Sequence record: PQ493298
Source of the DNA: Escherichia phage EPIMAM01
DNA: 64,000 nucleotides
Strand: one strand, 5' to 3'
In this document: piece by piece, positions 10,384 to 18,866 of the stretch
Layout of the letters: each line of letters opens with the position of its first letter
How positions within the stretch are numbered: the first letter of the stretch is position 1
Program-made: the position numbers and the translations under genes
Notes under the pieces: model-generated
The model's input: only the letters and a program-made list of their open reading frames with translations
Told to the model about the DNA's origin: nothing
Databases searched by the model: none

Positions 10384-10691
10384 CGTAAATTCCCTGCAAT
10401 TGGTATACTAACAATACGCCCAGTATCTAAAATTCGCCGATATAATCTTTGTGTGTCTACATCAGGCTTAACACGTTTAACTTCTATTTTATTAAACCAA
10501 AACTTGCGTGGAGTCTCAACTAATCTCGGAATTCCCATACCTAAAGCTAGTCGATACTGCTCTTTAAGAGTAGTAAATACTTTATCAGCAATCTCCCTTT
10601 CAAAAAATACAGCAGGGCGATGTTCATCAAGCGGAACTGGCGCCGTAAATCCATCTTTATCTCTATAAACTATCGCATATACATAAAACAT
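10380..10691 (-). CDS. hypothetical protein (dda.1 position)
   Basis: Track ORF 103 aa; 4-nt overlap with dda. Confidence 0.5.
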   Translation of the reverse strand: MFYVYAIVYRDKDGFTAPVPLDEHRPAVFFEREIADKVFTTLKEQYRLALGMGIPRLVETPRKFWFNKIEVKRVKPDVDTQRLYRRILDTGRIVSIPIAGNLR

Positions 10692-10692
10692 A

Positions 10693-11439
10693 TTATCCTC
10701 GGATAAGTTTAAAAATTGAACAATTTAGCGGGTATCCTCTTTTCAGTTTAAGTTTATCAATAAAAGACAAGTTTTGATACCGCTCTACACCTTGAATAAT
10801 TTTATCACACATATCATATTGCATTTCTGCTTCTGACAACTTTTTCACAGTTTTCCAATCCGAGCCTTTAAGAAGAACGTTCAATTTAACAACTTCAGTT
10901 CCTTCTGCTATACGAGAACCATCAATACGAGCTTTGAGTGCTACAATCGTTAGCTTAACGTCAGAGGTCTGTTTTGATTTAGAAAGCTGAGAAATGTGCT
11001 CAATTCGGTTTTCACGTTTTTTCTGTATAGCTTTAATTTGATTATAAGTCTTTTTGATTTTAGCCCATTTCTTTTCATCTAAATTTAGTTTATGAACTTT
11101 TTTCGCAGATGAACGACCAATTCGCAAAGCAAATAAATCACGCTTTTCAATCAACTCTTCTAAAGTATAATCAGAACGAAATGTATTGTACTTTTTCTTT
11201 ACTGCAATAACATTCCCTTTAATGTATCCAACGTTATTATCAAAACGTTCTAATGATAATTTCTCTCCTTCAATACGATTATCAAAAGGTTCTCCCGAGT
11301 AAGCGCAAACTTTCTGATCTAAAATGTTCTTAATGTAATTGAAGTCTAAGTTAAAATCTTTAGAACGTCTTTTAGCAGATGCCTGAGTGTGCTCTAGACG
11401 ACGTGTAATTTTACGAATTTGATTTTTAGACAGTTTCAT
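10693..11439 (-). CDS. srd: putative sigma-related early protein
   Basis: Track ORF 248 aa; basic; synteny with T4 srd; name assigned from memory. Confidence 0.5.
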   Translation of the reverse strand: MKLSKNQIRKITRRLEHTQASAKRRSKDFNLDFNYIKNILDQKVCAYSGEPFDNRIEGEKLSLERFDNNVGYIKGNVIAVKKKYNTFRSDYTLEELIEKRDLFALRIGRSSAKKVHKLNLDEKKWAKIKKTYNQIKAIQKKRENRIEHISQLSKSKQTSDVKLTIVALKARIDGSRIAEGTEVVKLNVLLKGSDWKTVKKLSEAEMQYDMCDKIIQGVERYQNLSFIDKLKLKRGYPLNCSIFKLIRG

Positions 11440-11469
11440 ATTTTTCTCACGGACGGGTTAACTACTTAT

Positions 11470-11499
11470 ACTATAACATTTTTACTTCAGTTTGTAAAC
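11470..11499 (-). promoter_or_regulatory. T4-type early promoter
   Basis: GTTTAC, 18 nt, TATAGT. Confidence 0.55.
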
Positions 11500-11555
11500 A
11501 ACTTTATGAAAAATGCTTTAAAACTTTCGTGGTATAATGAATCTAAGTCCTTCCA

Positions 11556-12158
11556 TTATAGATTAAATCCTTCAAAATCAAGAGTATAGATAGTGTATGT
11601 TGAATACTTTTTATACTCATATCTATCCGCAATTCTAAATACACTTCCAGCTGGTATCATTACTTCTTGTTCATCTGAAACTAATTCCATATTACGATAG
11701 CGATGGCTATCTGGAAACTTAAAACTTGGACTATATTCTTTACAGCGTAGAGCTTTTATAGCATACTCCTGGAAATTAAACACCATAGGAGCTTTGAATT
11801 CAAAAATAACTTGTGTGTTGTATTCTAATCCAGAAGCAAAATGTAGAGCTATATTTTTATCATATGAAGCTGATACTACTTTATCAAATGTAATAATATC
11901 AATTCCTTGATTTAACACCTGTTTAGTCTCAGCTGGAACACCTCTCCAAAGAGGTTTATCGTTTGGAACCAAACGAGATTTGACTATTTCATTTAACCAA
12001 GAATGATCGTCTGGTTTATTAGTAATACAATGAATTAAAAGTTCAATTTCAGATAAATTAAATCCTTCGGAAAGTAATTCTTCACGAATAGAAGCACGCA
12101 CGGATGCATCCATTGATTTGATTTTAAAATCTTTTAATTGCATTGCTGAATATTTCAT
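11556..12158 (-). CDS. modA: ADP-ribosyltransferase
   Basis: Track ORF 200 aa; R (LWRG), S-x-S (SAS) and EQEVMIP ART motifs; modA/modB assignment by size. Confidence 0.65.
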   Translation of the reverse strand: MKYSAMQLKDFKIKSMDASVRASIREELLSEGFNLSEIELLIHCITNKPDDHSWLNEIVKSRLVPNDKPLWRGVPAETKQVLNQGIDIITFDKVVSASYDKNIALHFASGLEYNTQVIFEFKAPMVFNFQEYAIKALRCKEYSPSFKFPDSHRYRNMELVSDEQEVMIPAGSVFRIADRYEYKKYSTYTIYTLDFEGFNL

Positions 12159-12790
12159 TCAACTACCTCAATATCATACACTTTAAATGTTCCAAATGAA
12201 TCGTGTAATTTTTCTTTTGAAATAGAAGTTATTTTATACTTTCCAATTGGAATCATCCATTCTTGTTCACGTACAATCATCATTAAGTTATCAGTACGTT
12301 CTGAATCTAATCCATCAGTATCTTCATATGTATACTTAAATTCAGTATTAGGAGAAGAAAGTATAATATCACTGATATGGTCAGAATAATTAAAAGCTTT
12401 ATCAGTTTTTAAGCGAAATATTATTTCAGTGGAATATTCAACATAAGAAAAACCACATGCTGTGTGCAAACTAGTAGTAAATGAATCTACTCTGTTCGTT
12501 GAAAACACTTCTCCGATTTGTAAATCTTTAATGAGTTCTTTTGTCGATTTTGATATACCACGATATAGCTGATAAGGCGATTTAGTTAAATGCTTTTTAA
12601 CGATTTTATTCAACTTCCGATGAAGAGCTTCATTCTTTTTGGCTTCCATACATTGCCAAAGAACTGACTGTTCAAAGTCAGTAAATTTTTCACAGACCTT
12701 TTTATACATATCATATTGAAAATCGACACTTTCAGCTTTTATAGATAACTGTTCAACATCTGCGAGATTAATAATCATGATAGCCTCCAT
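12155..12790 (-). CDS. modB: ADP-ribosyltransferase
   Basis: Track ORF 211 aa; LYRG, STN and EQEWMIP ART motifs. Confidence 0.65.
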   Translation of the reverse strand: MEAIMIINLADVEQLSIKAESVDFQYDMYKKVCEKFTDFEQSVLWQCMEAKKNEALHRKLNKIVKKHLTKSPYQLYRGISKSTKELIKDLQIGEVFSTNRVDSFTTSLHTACGFSYVEYSTEIIFRLKTDKAFNYSDHISDIILSSPNTEFKYTYEDTDGLDSERTDNLMMIVREQEWMIPIGKYKITSISKEKLHDSFGTFKVYDIEVVE

Positions 12791-12804
12791 ATACTTCAGA
12801 AGCT

Positions 12805-12834
12805 ATCATATCATTGTTAGGAAGGAAAGTAAAC
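12805..12834 (-). promoter_or_regulatory. T4-type early promoter
   Basis: GTTTAC, 18 nt, TATGAT. Confidence 0.5.
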
Positions 12835-12845
12835 AACTTTTTGAA

Positions 12846-13028
12846 TTATTTTGCCCAGGGAGCCCAGGGCGGAGGGTCAAGATGGTATGAAGCTAGTTCT
12901 TCTAGAAGAGCATCTGGGGCTTCAATTCCATAATTCTGTAATACTATACGGTACTCTTTCTTATAATCACTAGAATCATTCTGGATATTCGTAGAATGAT
13001 TATCTTCTAACATCTCAAATAAATCCAT
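12846..13028 (-). CDS. small hypothetical protein
   Basis: Track ORF 60 aa. Confidence 0.4.
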   Translation of the reverse strand: MDLFEMLEDNHSTNIQNDSSDYKKEYRIVLQNYGIEAPDALLEELASYHLDPPPWAPWAK

Positions 13029-13036
13029 ATTAATTC

Positions 13037-13519
13037 CTAGCGATAAAAACCAAAATAACGATTAGCTTCAATAATCTTTCTTTCTTCTTCGGACATTCTC
13101 CAGCGTAGTCCAACATCAAAATGAGCCCAAACCATCTTAACAAATGCATTTATATCTTTAATATCTTCAATAATGAATGATTTACTTTTAGAAGGTTGAC
13201 CTGCTAAATTAAGTGCTAATTTAACTTTATCGTCTTCAAACAGGTCAAAAAGACCATATTCATGGGCTCTTTTATAGCCTTTAATAGTTAAAGCTTCAGA
13301 AGAAGAAAACGGTGAATCAGTATTCTGTAAAATATCTTCAGTATGCTTTATAATTAGAATAACATTTTCTGGATATTTTCTTTCTTTTATATCTTTAATT
13401 AAAAGATCCGGATTTTCTGCTAAAGGAATAATTAATGAGCATTTTTTATCAAGTGCATTTACTGATTTACCTTCTTTAGACATAAATTCTATTGAATAAT
13501 GTTTTGCTACTTCAATCAT
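13037..13519 (-). CDS. hypothetical protein
   Basis: Track ORF 160 aa. Confidence 0.5.
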   Translation of the reverse strand: MIEVAKHYSIEFMSKEGKSVNALDKKCSLIIPLAENPDLLIKDIKERKYPENVILIIKHTEDILQNTDSPFSSSEALTIKGYKRAHEYGLFDLFEDDKVKLALNLAGQPSKSKSFIIEDIKDINAFVKMVWAHFDVGLRWRMSEEERKIIEANRYFGFYR

Positions 13520-13672
13520 GTGATTTCCTTTTGCCTACTAATGAACCGTCAGGAATTTTGTTTTCCTGGATATATTTCTCATTTTCTTCCATCATTTTAC
13601 TGCCAATTTTAAGAAGCAAATCCATTGCTTCATTTGCTTTAGCTTTAGCCTCTTCTAATGTCATATCTCTGT

Positions 13673-13876
13673 TCATGATTTATCCCCATAGATATCTCTC
13701 ATCAATTTAAGCGCTGAGCGTTCTAATTTCTTTTCTTTCTCAGCACTAATCATTGATTTCATCCATTCTTCTGATTCGTTCTGCATTTCTTTATTTACCT
13801 GTTCAACCCAACCATCGTCAATGTACATTGAGTTTGGTCTATTGAACCATTCAAGCATCTTCTTCAGAACTTTCAC
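13673..13876 (-). CDS. small hypothetical protein
   Basis: Track ORF 67 aa. Confidence 0.4.
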   Translation of the reverse strand: MKVLKKMLEWFNRPNSMYIDDGWVEQVNKEMQNESEEWMKSMISAEKEKKLERSALKLMRDIYGDKS

Positions 13877-14348
13877 TTGTTTTACCTAAAACAATAGTAG
13901 GAGCATCGTCAAATTCATGAATTTTTAGCAATTTTGGATTTAAATTATTCCATACACAATAAATGAAGTATGATAAAGCATCTTCACTCGCAATTATAAA
14001 TTTATTTCCTTTATCTATTTTCCAGTCATATACTGAATCATATGAATATAATGGCAATGGTTTATTGTTATAATATGATTCAGCAACATCAATATAGTTA
14101 GATTTAGTAAATGCTTGAATTGACATAAATGGAGAATTTCGTACAGTTTCAATAATTCCGATCTTTTTAAGTTTTATTTCAACATCTTCTGGAACTGGCA
14201 TTGAAATAAAATCTTCTACTAGATACATGTTATTATCATATCTTTTATCAATTATTACTGCTACTGTAATTGGAATATCTTTAGCAAACGCCATACTATC
14301 ACTGCTAATATACATTTCAAACAAAATTGCTTCCATAATTTTCCTCAA
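13851..14348 (-). CDS. hypothetical protein
   Basis: Track ORF 165 aa. Confidence 0.5.
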   Translation of the reverse strand: MRKIMEAILFEMYISSDSMAFAKDIPITVAVIIDKRYDNNMYLVEDFISMPVPEDVEIKLKKIGIIETVRNSPFMSIQAFTKSNYIDVAESYYNNKPLPLYSYDSVYDWKIDKGNKFIIASEDALSYFIYCVWNNLNPKLLKIHEFDDAPTIVLGKTSESSEEDA

Positions 14349-14683
14349 TCACAAGATGTAGATGAACAACTAGAATCACAAGAACTTCCACATGAATCGC
14401 CCGTCCATACATGAACAGGAACATTAGTATCATATGAATCAGAACTAGACTGTGTATTCTGCGTATTAGATGATGTAGGTGTTGACCAACGCCAAGGATT
14501 TTTATAATATTCCTGGGCTTCTTCATAAGTCATAGTAACTGCTTCTACTGTTCCATCTCCCATATAAACATATTCAACTACAGTTAAAGGAAGGTAGTCA
14601 TTTGAAATAGGAACTACACCTTCTCCGGGAGCTGTAGAGAAAAAATCCGTAAAGAAACTTTTAAACCAATTAAAGATAAACAT
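14345..14683 (-). CDS. hypothetical protein with Ser/Thr-rich linker and Cys/Ser-rich C-terminus
   Basis: Track ORF 112 aa; C-terminus [19 protein letters not shown]. Confidence 0.5.
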   Translation of the reverse strand: MFIFNWFKSFFTDFFSTAPGEGVVPISNDYLPLTVVEYVYMGDGTVEAVTMTYEEAQEYYKNPWRWSTPTSSNTQNTQSSSDSYDTNVPVHVWTGDSCGSSCDSSCSSTSCD

Positions 14684-14895
14684 TACAAAAAGCCTCTTTG
14701 AAATTCGACTCTTTGAAATCCACCCCAGTCAGTGTATCGCATTTCAGCATTGAACTCGACTGAACCATCTGCATGCATCATGAATGAATGCGTGACGATA
14801 TCACAATCCCAGCTTTTCATACCCCATTTATCAGAGATAGCTTTATCAAGAACCTTCTGAAGGTCTTCATTTGGTTTAATCCAGCGATTTAACAT
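14683..14895 (-). CDS. small hypothetical protein
   Basis: Track ORF 70 aa; immediately downstream of an early promoter. Confidence 0.45.
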   Translation of the reverse strand: MLNRWIKPNEDLQKVLDKAISDKWGMKSWDCDIVTHSFMMHADGSVEFNAEMRYTDWGGFQRVEFQRGFL

Positions 14896-14921
14896 AGTGC
14901 TCTCCTCTATAAGATAATTTT

Positions 14922-14951
14922 ATTATACCATACTCATTTTGGAAAGTAAAC
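14922..14951 (-). promoter_or_regulatory. T4-type early promoter
   Basis: GTTTAC, 18 nt, TATAAT. Confidence 0.6.
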
Positions 14952-14966
14952 CGGTAAAATGAAAAA

Positions 14967-14988
14967 AGGACTCCCGAAGGAGTCCTTG
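14967..14988 (-). terminator. tetraloop hairpin downstream of soc
   Basis: aaggactcccgaaggagtcctt followed by a T run on the transcript. Confidence 0.6.
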
Positions 14989-14991
14989 AAT

Positions 14992-15237
14992 TTATTCACC
15001 AGTTACTTTCCACAAATCTTCGTTTGCAGTAATCCATTCAGTACGTTGATTTTCTTCATATACTGTAGAATATGCTGCTTTTTCTGAAGGGAATATCTGA
15101 TAATGAGCGCCAGAAATTTTGTGAACGTCAGAATAAAGAGGGAAAGCTACAGAAATTTCCTTTCCTTCAATTTTCTTATTTCCATCTAATTTTTGCTCAA
15201 ATGTTTTAATATTAACATAACCGCGAGTACTAGCCAT
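14992..15237 (-). CDS. soc: small outer capsid protein
   Basis: Track ORF 81 aa; MASTRGYVNIKTFEQKLDG matches T4 Soc. Confidence 0.9.
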   Translation of the reverse strand: MASTRGYVNIKTFEQKLDGNKKIEGKEISVAFPLYSDVHKISGAHYQIFPSEKAAYSTVYEENQRTEWITANEDLWKVTGE

Positions 15238-15253
15238 GTAATTCTCCTTTTAT

Positions 15254-15463
15254 TTAAATTACATGACTATTTATAATAAATTCTTGCGGAACGTTAAAAT
15301 ACCCAATTTTAGTTAATATAACAACATCACCGTTAATAATTACCGGAGAATAATCGGCTGGAGCATTAAACTTCCAATGAGCTCTAATATTATATCCATC
15401 AGAACCAAATGCTCGACTAGCCGGTCTCCCGGCTTTTTGCCATGCATAAAAATCAAATTTCAT
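15254..15463 (-). CDS. small hypothetical protein
   Basis: Track ORF 69 aa. Confidence 0.45.
   Translation of the reverse strand: MKFDFYAWQKAGRPASRAFGSDGYNIRAHWKFNAPADYSPVIINGDVVILTKIGYFNVPQEFIINSHVI
15268..15275 (-). promoter_or_regulatory. late promoter box TATAAATA upstream of soc
   Basis: Exact TATAAATA on the minus strand about 30 nt upstream of the soc ATG. Confidence 0.55.
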
Positions 15464-15660
15464 TTTGAATGCTCTATAATTAATTTTAAGGCTTCTTCAT
15501 GCACCTTACCTAATTGTATATGTCCAGTTTTAATTGTGTAAGCTTTGTGGAGCTGATTAGATAAGAGCTCGTATGTGAGCTCCTTGTCATAATTTTTAAA
15601 TAGCTGGTCAATACGTTTCTTGTGGGCTTTCTTAAGCTGGCGTTTATTTAAACGAGCCAT
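15460..15660 (-). CDS. small basic hypothetical protein
   Basis: Track ORF 66 aa. Confidence 0.45.
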   Translation of the reverse strand: MARLNKRQLKKAHKKRIDQLFKNYDKELTYELLSNQLHKAYTIKTGHIQLGKVHEEALKLIIEHSK

Positions 15661-16178
15661 TAATAACCTCGGTCTTGACGAGCGAAGTTTTCAGCATTTT
15701 TCAGATAATAAAGTTTAAAGATTTCTTCAGCCGTAAGACCGAGACCTTGGAACATGTTTAGAACGAAATGAAGAATATCAATCATTTCGAATTTAATTTC
15801 CAACTGGTCTTGTGGAGACAAATCAGTAATCAGAGTTTCACGTCGTTCACCATGCTGAGCTTTCCAAGGCTTCCATACAGCAGATGCATCTTTTTCACCA
15901 TTGCTCATACCACCAAGAGAAGTCAATAGTTCGCGGAATTCATCATCAATATAATCTTTCTGATTACGCAGCCAATCAACAACTTCACCCGCAGTAGCCA
16001 AATCATCAGGATGACGGTTATATTCAGGTTTATCTTTAGCTAAACGAACCTGTAGAGATTTCTGCATATCAAGCATAACTTGCAGAGGGTCTTTTTCATC
16101 ACCGAGAATATCCCAGTATTCATTTTGAGCTTTATCAGCGCCTTCAATCAGTTGTGAACATTCATTAAAGTATGCCAT
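15660..16178 (-). CDS. 56: dCTP/dUTP pyrophosphatase
   Basis: Track ORF 15660..16271 trimmed to internal ATG (MAYFNEC) preceded by an AAAGGA SD; position between soc and 61. Confidence 0.7.
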   Translation of the reverse strand: MAYFNECSQLIEGADKAQNEYWDILGDEKDPLQVMLDMQKSLQVRLAKDKPEYNRHPDDLATAGEVVDWLRNQKDYIDDEFRELLTSLGGMSNGEKDASAVWKPWKAQHGERRETLITDLSPQDQLEIKFEMIDILHFVLNMFQGLGLTAEEIFKLYYLKNAENFARQDRGY

Positions 16179-16249
16179 TATTTTTCCTTTCAATTCATGG
16201 GTTAGTAGATTAATTATACAATAAATATATAAAGCAATAAGGAGGATAT

Positions 16250-16450
16250 ATGGTACAAAAATTAATGGCACTTGTCGATGCCATAAAAGGTAATAAAAAA
16301 CGTATAGCTTTTACTATTTCTGCTATGGTAGGAATTTTACTCTGGAATTTTATTTTATCACCAATTGCTATTGCTCATGGTGTTAATATTCCAGTAATTA
16401 CTCTTGATACATTCGTAGATTTAGCATTTGCTTTGGTTGGGTTAATTTAA
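16250..16450 (+). CDS. candidate small hydrophobic protein on the opposite strand
   Basis: Track ORF 66 aa; AAGGAGG 4 nt before ATG; two predicted hydrophobic helices; only plus-strand candidate in an intergenic region. Confidence 0.3.
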   Translation: MVQKLMALVDAIKGNKKRIAFTISAMVGILLWNFILSPIAIAHGVNIPVITLDTFVDLAFALVGLI

Positions 16451-17475
16451 ATCTTAGCATATTTAGATAGCCGCATTTTAGCCATCAACCCTTGGGCAAT
16501 ATTATTTTTCATATATTCCATAATTTGTTTAGGGGTTGCACCTTCCTTTCTAATCATATCATTAACATCTTTTGATTTCCAGGGAGATTTATCCCAAAAC
16601 ATAACCCTTTCTCCTGCATCAACTAATTTAGTCATTCGTTTAATAGTGTCAGGGTGACGAGGTTCATTATCTAAAACCCACACACGTCTATCTTTAAATG
16701 GAACAATTTCTAGGTCTAATTGACCACCCGTAATAGCTATACCATTTTCAATAAAAAGTGAATCTATAGGTCCTTCTAGAACATATACATCACCATCTTT
16801 GACTCGTTCGACTCCATAGATTTTTGTTGCCTCAGGATAAGCTTTGATGGTGATATATTTTTGAGGAGCATCTTTCTTTAATGCACGTCCTTGAAAAGAC
16901 TCGGCTTTTCCGTTAGCATTATAAATTGGAATAACAAGACGAGGCTCAGGTATTTCCTTTTTATATGTTCCTGGCGCTATGCTATTAACTAATTTAGGCC
17001 ATTCGGTTGTAAACCAAAGATATTTCCATTTATCCTTTGGAATACAACGAGCTTTTACATATTTTATAATTGGATGGTCTTCCGCCAGTTTATCTAATCT
17101 AATGCATGACGGAAGAGATTTAATTATTTTCTTCTCAGGTTGTTTAGGAAGTTCTTTAGGTTTTTCTACTGGACGACTTTTACCTTTTTCTTTTCTTATT
17201 TCAAAGATATACTCACGATATAAATCAGGTTCAAACTCCTTTAAATATATTCCGATTGGTGCATGATAGTTACAGTTATAACAATGAATATTTCCTTCAT
17301 TATTATCGCCATAATACCATCCACGGGCTTTATTTTGGTCGGTTTTTGAATCTCCACAAACAGGACATCTAAACCGTAATTTAAAAGTTGAACTATTATT
17401 TACTTGTGCGAATTTAGGTAAATGAGCCAATGCACGGTATGCAAACTCATTATCAATCCAAGGTATTGATGACAT
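16447..17475 (-). CDS. 61: DNA primase
   Basis: Track ORF 342 aa; zinc ribbon CPVCGDS...CYNC plus TOPRIM; matches T4 gp61. Confidence 0.9.
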   Translation of the reverse strand: MSSIPWIDNEFAYRALAHLPKFAQVNNSSTFKLRFRCPVCGDSKTDQNKARGWYYGDNNEGNIHCYNCNYHAPIGIYLKEFEPDLYREYIFEIRKEKGKSRPVEKPKELPKQPEKKIIKSLPSCIRLDKLAEDHPIIKYVKARCIPKDKWKYLWFTTEWPKLVNSIAPGTYKKEIPEPRLVIPIYNANGKAESFQGRALKKDAPQKYITIKAYPEATKIYGVERVKDGDVYVLEGPIDSLFIENGIAITGGQLDLEIVPFKDRRVWVLDNEPRHPDTIKRMTKLVDAGERVMFWDKSPWKSKDVNDMIRKEGATPKQIMEYMKNNIAQGLMAKMRLSKYAKI

Positions 17476-17477
17476 TT

Positions 17478-17642
17478 TTACTCTTCTTTTTCTTTAGATT
17501 CCTCTTTTTTCTTTTTAGGAATCTGTTCAGGACCTTTATTTACTACAGCACCTGACGTTGTTCCAGTGGAGATATTTTCAGGATTACCACCTGAATCTCC
17601 AGCTACCATATCTTCTTTAATAAATTCTTTATATGTTTTCAT
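17478..17642 (-). CDS. small ORF with internal-protein-like capsid targeting N-terminus
   Basis: 54-aa ORF below track cutoff; N-terminus MKTYKEFIKE resembles the IP CTS MKTYQEFI; GAGG SD; stop 2 nt before the gene 61 ATG. Confidence 0.4.
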   Translation of the reverse strand: MKTYKEFIKEDMVAGDSGGNPENISTGTTSGAVVNKGPEQIPKKKKEESKEKEE

Positions 17643-17643
17643 A

Positions 17644-18000
17644 TTAACCTCTATTCATAAAAGCATTAAAAATTTGGTCATCAATCGATGGAATAGCAAC
17701 TTTTTCTGCATCATTTAGCAAATCATTAATTTCATCAGATAGCATAACGCATGTACCTTTATTTCCTGTAATTGTTACTGCACAATTACGAACGTTTTCT
17801 TTATCAAATTTTAGGTTAATATTTTCGTAGTGAAAATCCTTTAATGCCGAATATATTTTTAAAATGAAATTGTCTTTTACTACAATAAACCCAACCTCAC
17901 TATTAAAACGCGGTTCATGGAAACTGTAATAAACCTTTTCATCTATAAAATCGTATGAAATTTTTTCCATTTTTAAATATGAAAATTCAGAACTATACAT
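17644..18000 (-). CDS. hypothetical protein
   Basis: Track ORF 118 aa. Confidence 0.5.
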   Translation of the reverse strand: MYSSEFSYLKMEKISYDFIDEKVYYSFHEPRFNSEVGFIVVKDNFILKIYSALKDFHYENINLKFDKENVRNCAVTITGNKGTCVMLSDEINDLLNDAEKVAIPSIDDQIFNAFMNRG

Positions 18001-18012
18001 ACTAACCTCTAA

Positions 18013-18306
18013 TTACTCACCTACCACTTCAGCGATGATATTTTTATTATTAAAGTTTTTATCGCAATACAGAACATAATTATACTGCATTACACCGCCA
18101 GACTTAAGCTGTTTTTGCACTTCAGCTTTCATTTCAGGACGATCACGCTCAACGATATTCATAATATCTGCTTCAATTTGAGTTTCAACTTCAGTCTGAT
18201 CTGCAGTCATAGACCATTCACACAAATCTTTGTCATAACCCGCCATAGCAGGCTGAGCAGCGCAAGAAGATAAAGCAAAAATTGTAGCAAAGATAAATTT
18301 TTTCAT
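18013..18306 (-). CDS. sp: periplasmic superinfection-exclusion protein Spackle-like
   Basis: Track ORF 97 aa; cleavable signal peptide; size and position match T4 Sp. Confidence 0.65.
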   Translation of the reverse strand: MKKFIFATIFALSSCAAQPAMAGYDKDLCEWSMTADQTEVETQIEADIMNIVERDRPEMKAEVQKQLKSGGVMQYNYVLYCDKNFNNKNIIAEVVGE

Positions 18307-18334
18307 GATAATCTCCTCAGTAGTTTATGTTTAT

Positions 18335-18364
18335 ATAGTATCTCAATTTCCAATAAAAGTAAAC
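18335..18364 (-). promoter_or_regulatory. T4-type early promoter
   Basis: GTTTAC, 18 nt, TACTAT. Confidence 0.5.
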
Positions 18365-18366
18365 AA

Positions 18367-18666
18367 TTATTTTAAAACTTCTGCATAATCACATGTTACA
18401 AACTGTTTCTCTAACTTGACGATTTTACGAAAGTATCTTTTGCATTGGCGAATCTGCCGCTTTGTAGGGCGTACAGCAAACTTAATAAATTCCACTCGAC
18501 CAAATGGAGGACTTTCTTCTGCTGGAATATCTAACACCAATTCCCACGTATCTGTAATAAGTGCTTTGAATTGAGTATTTTTCCTGACATTATACGGAGT
18601 AGGTTTAAATAAAACAATATGCATATTATCCTCGGCAATCCACTTCACATACTTTCTTGTCATCAA
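18367..18666 (-). CDS. hypothetical protein
   Basis: Track ORF 99 aa; overlaps the upstream ORF. Confidence 0.45.
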   Translation of the reverse strand: MMTRKYVKWIAEDNMHIVLFKPTPYNVRKNTQFKALITDTWELVLDIPAEESPPFGRVEFIKFAVRPTKRQIRQCKRYFRKIVKLEKQFVTCDYAEVLK

Positions 18667-18808
18667 TGAAAGCTTTAACTAATGCTTTATTAACTTCAGC
18701 GTATTGATTAGTAGCCCATTGAACGTCATCTTTCATCATTGTGATTTCTTTAGTAAACATGCTTTCGTTCTTAAACCACCCCATAAAAACTACCTTTACC
18801 AATTCCAT
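18626..18808 (-). CDS. dmd: Dmd-like antitoxin (discriminator of mRNA degradation)
   Basis: Track ORF 60 aa; size and position next to gene 41 match T4 Dmd from memory. Confidence 0.5.
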   Translation of the reverse strand: MELVKVVFMGWFKNESMFTKEITMMKDDVQWATNQYAEVNKALVKAFIDDKKVCEVDCRG

Positions 18809-18866
18809 AACAATCTCCTCATTTAACCAACAAGACTACTATACCATAGTCTTGTTGGCTTGTAAA

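Noticed and set aside
16179-16271. N-terminal 31 codons of track ORF 15660..16271 (gene 56)
   Set aside because: An internal ATG preceded by an AAAGGA SD gives a more plausible dCTPase start; the hydrophobic extension is translated intergenic sequence.
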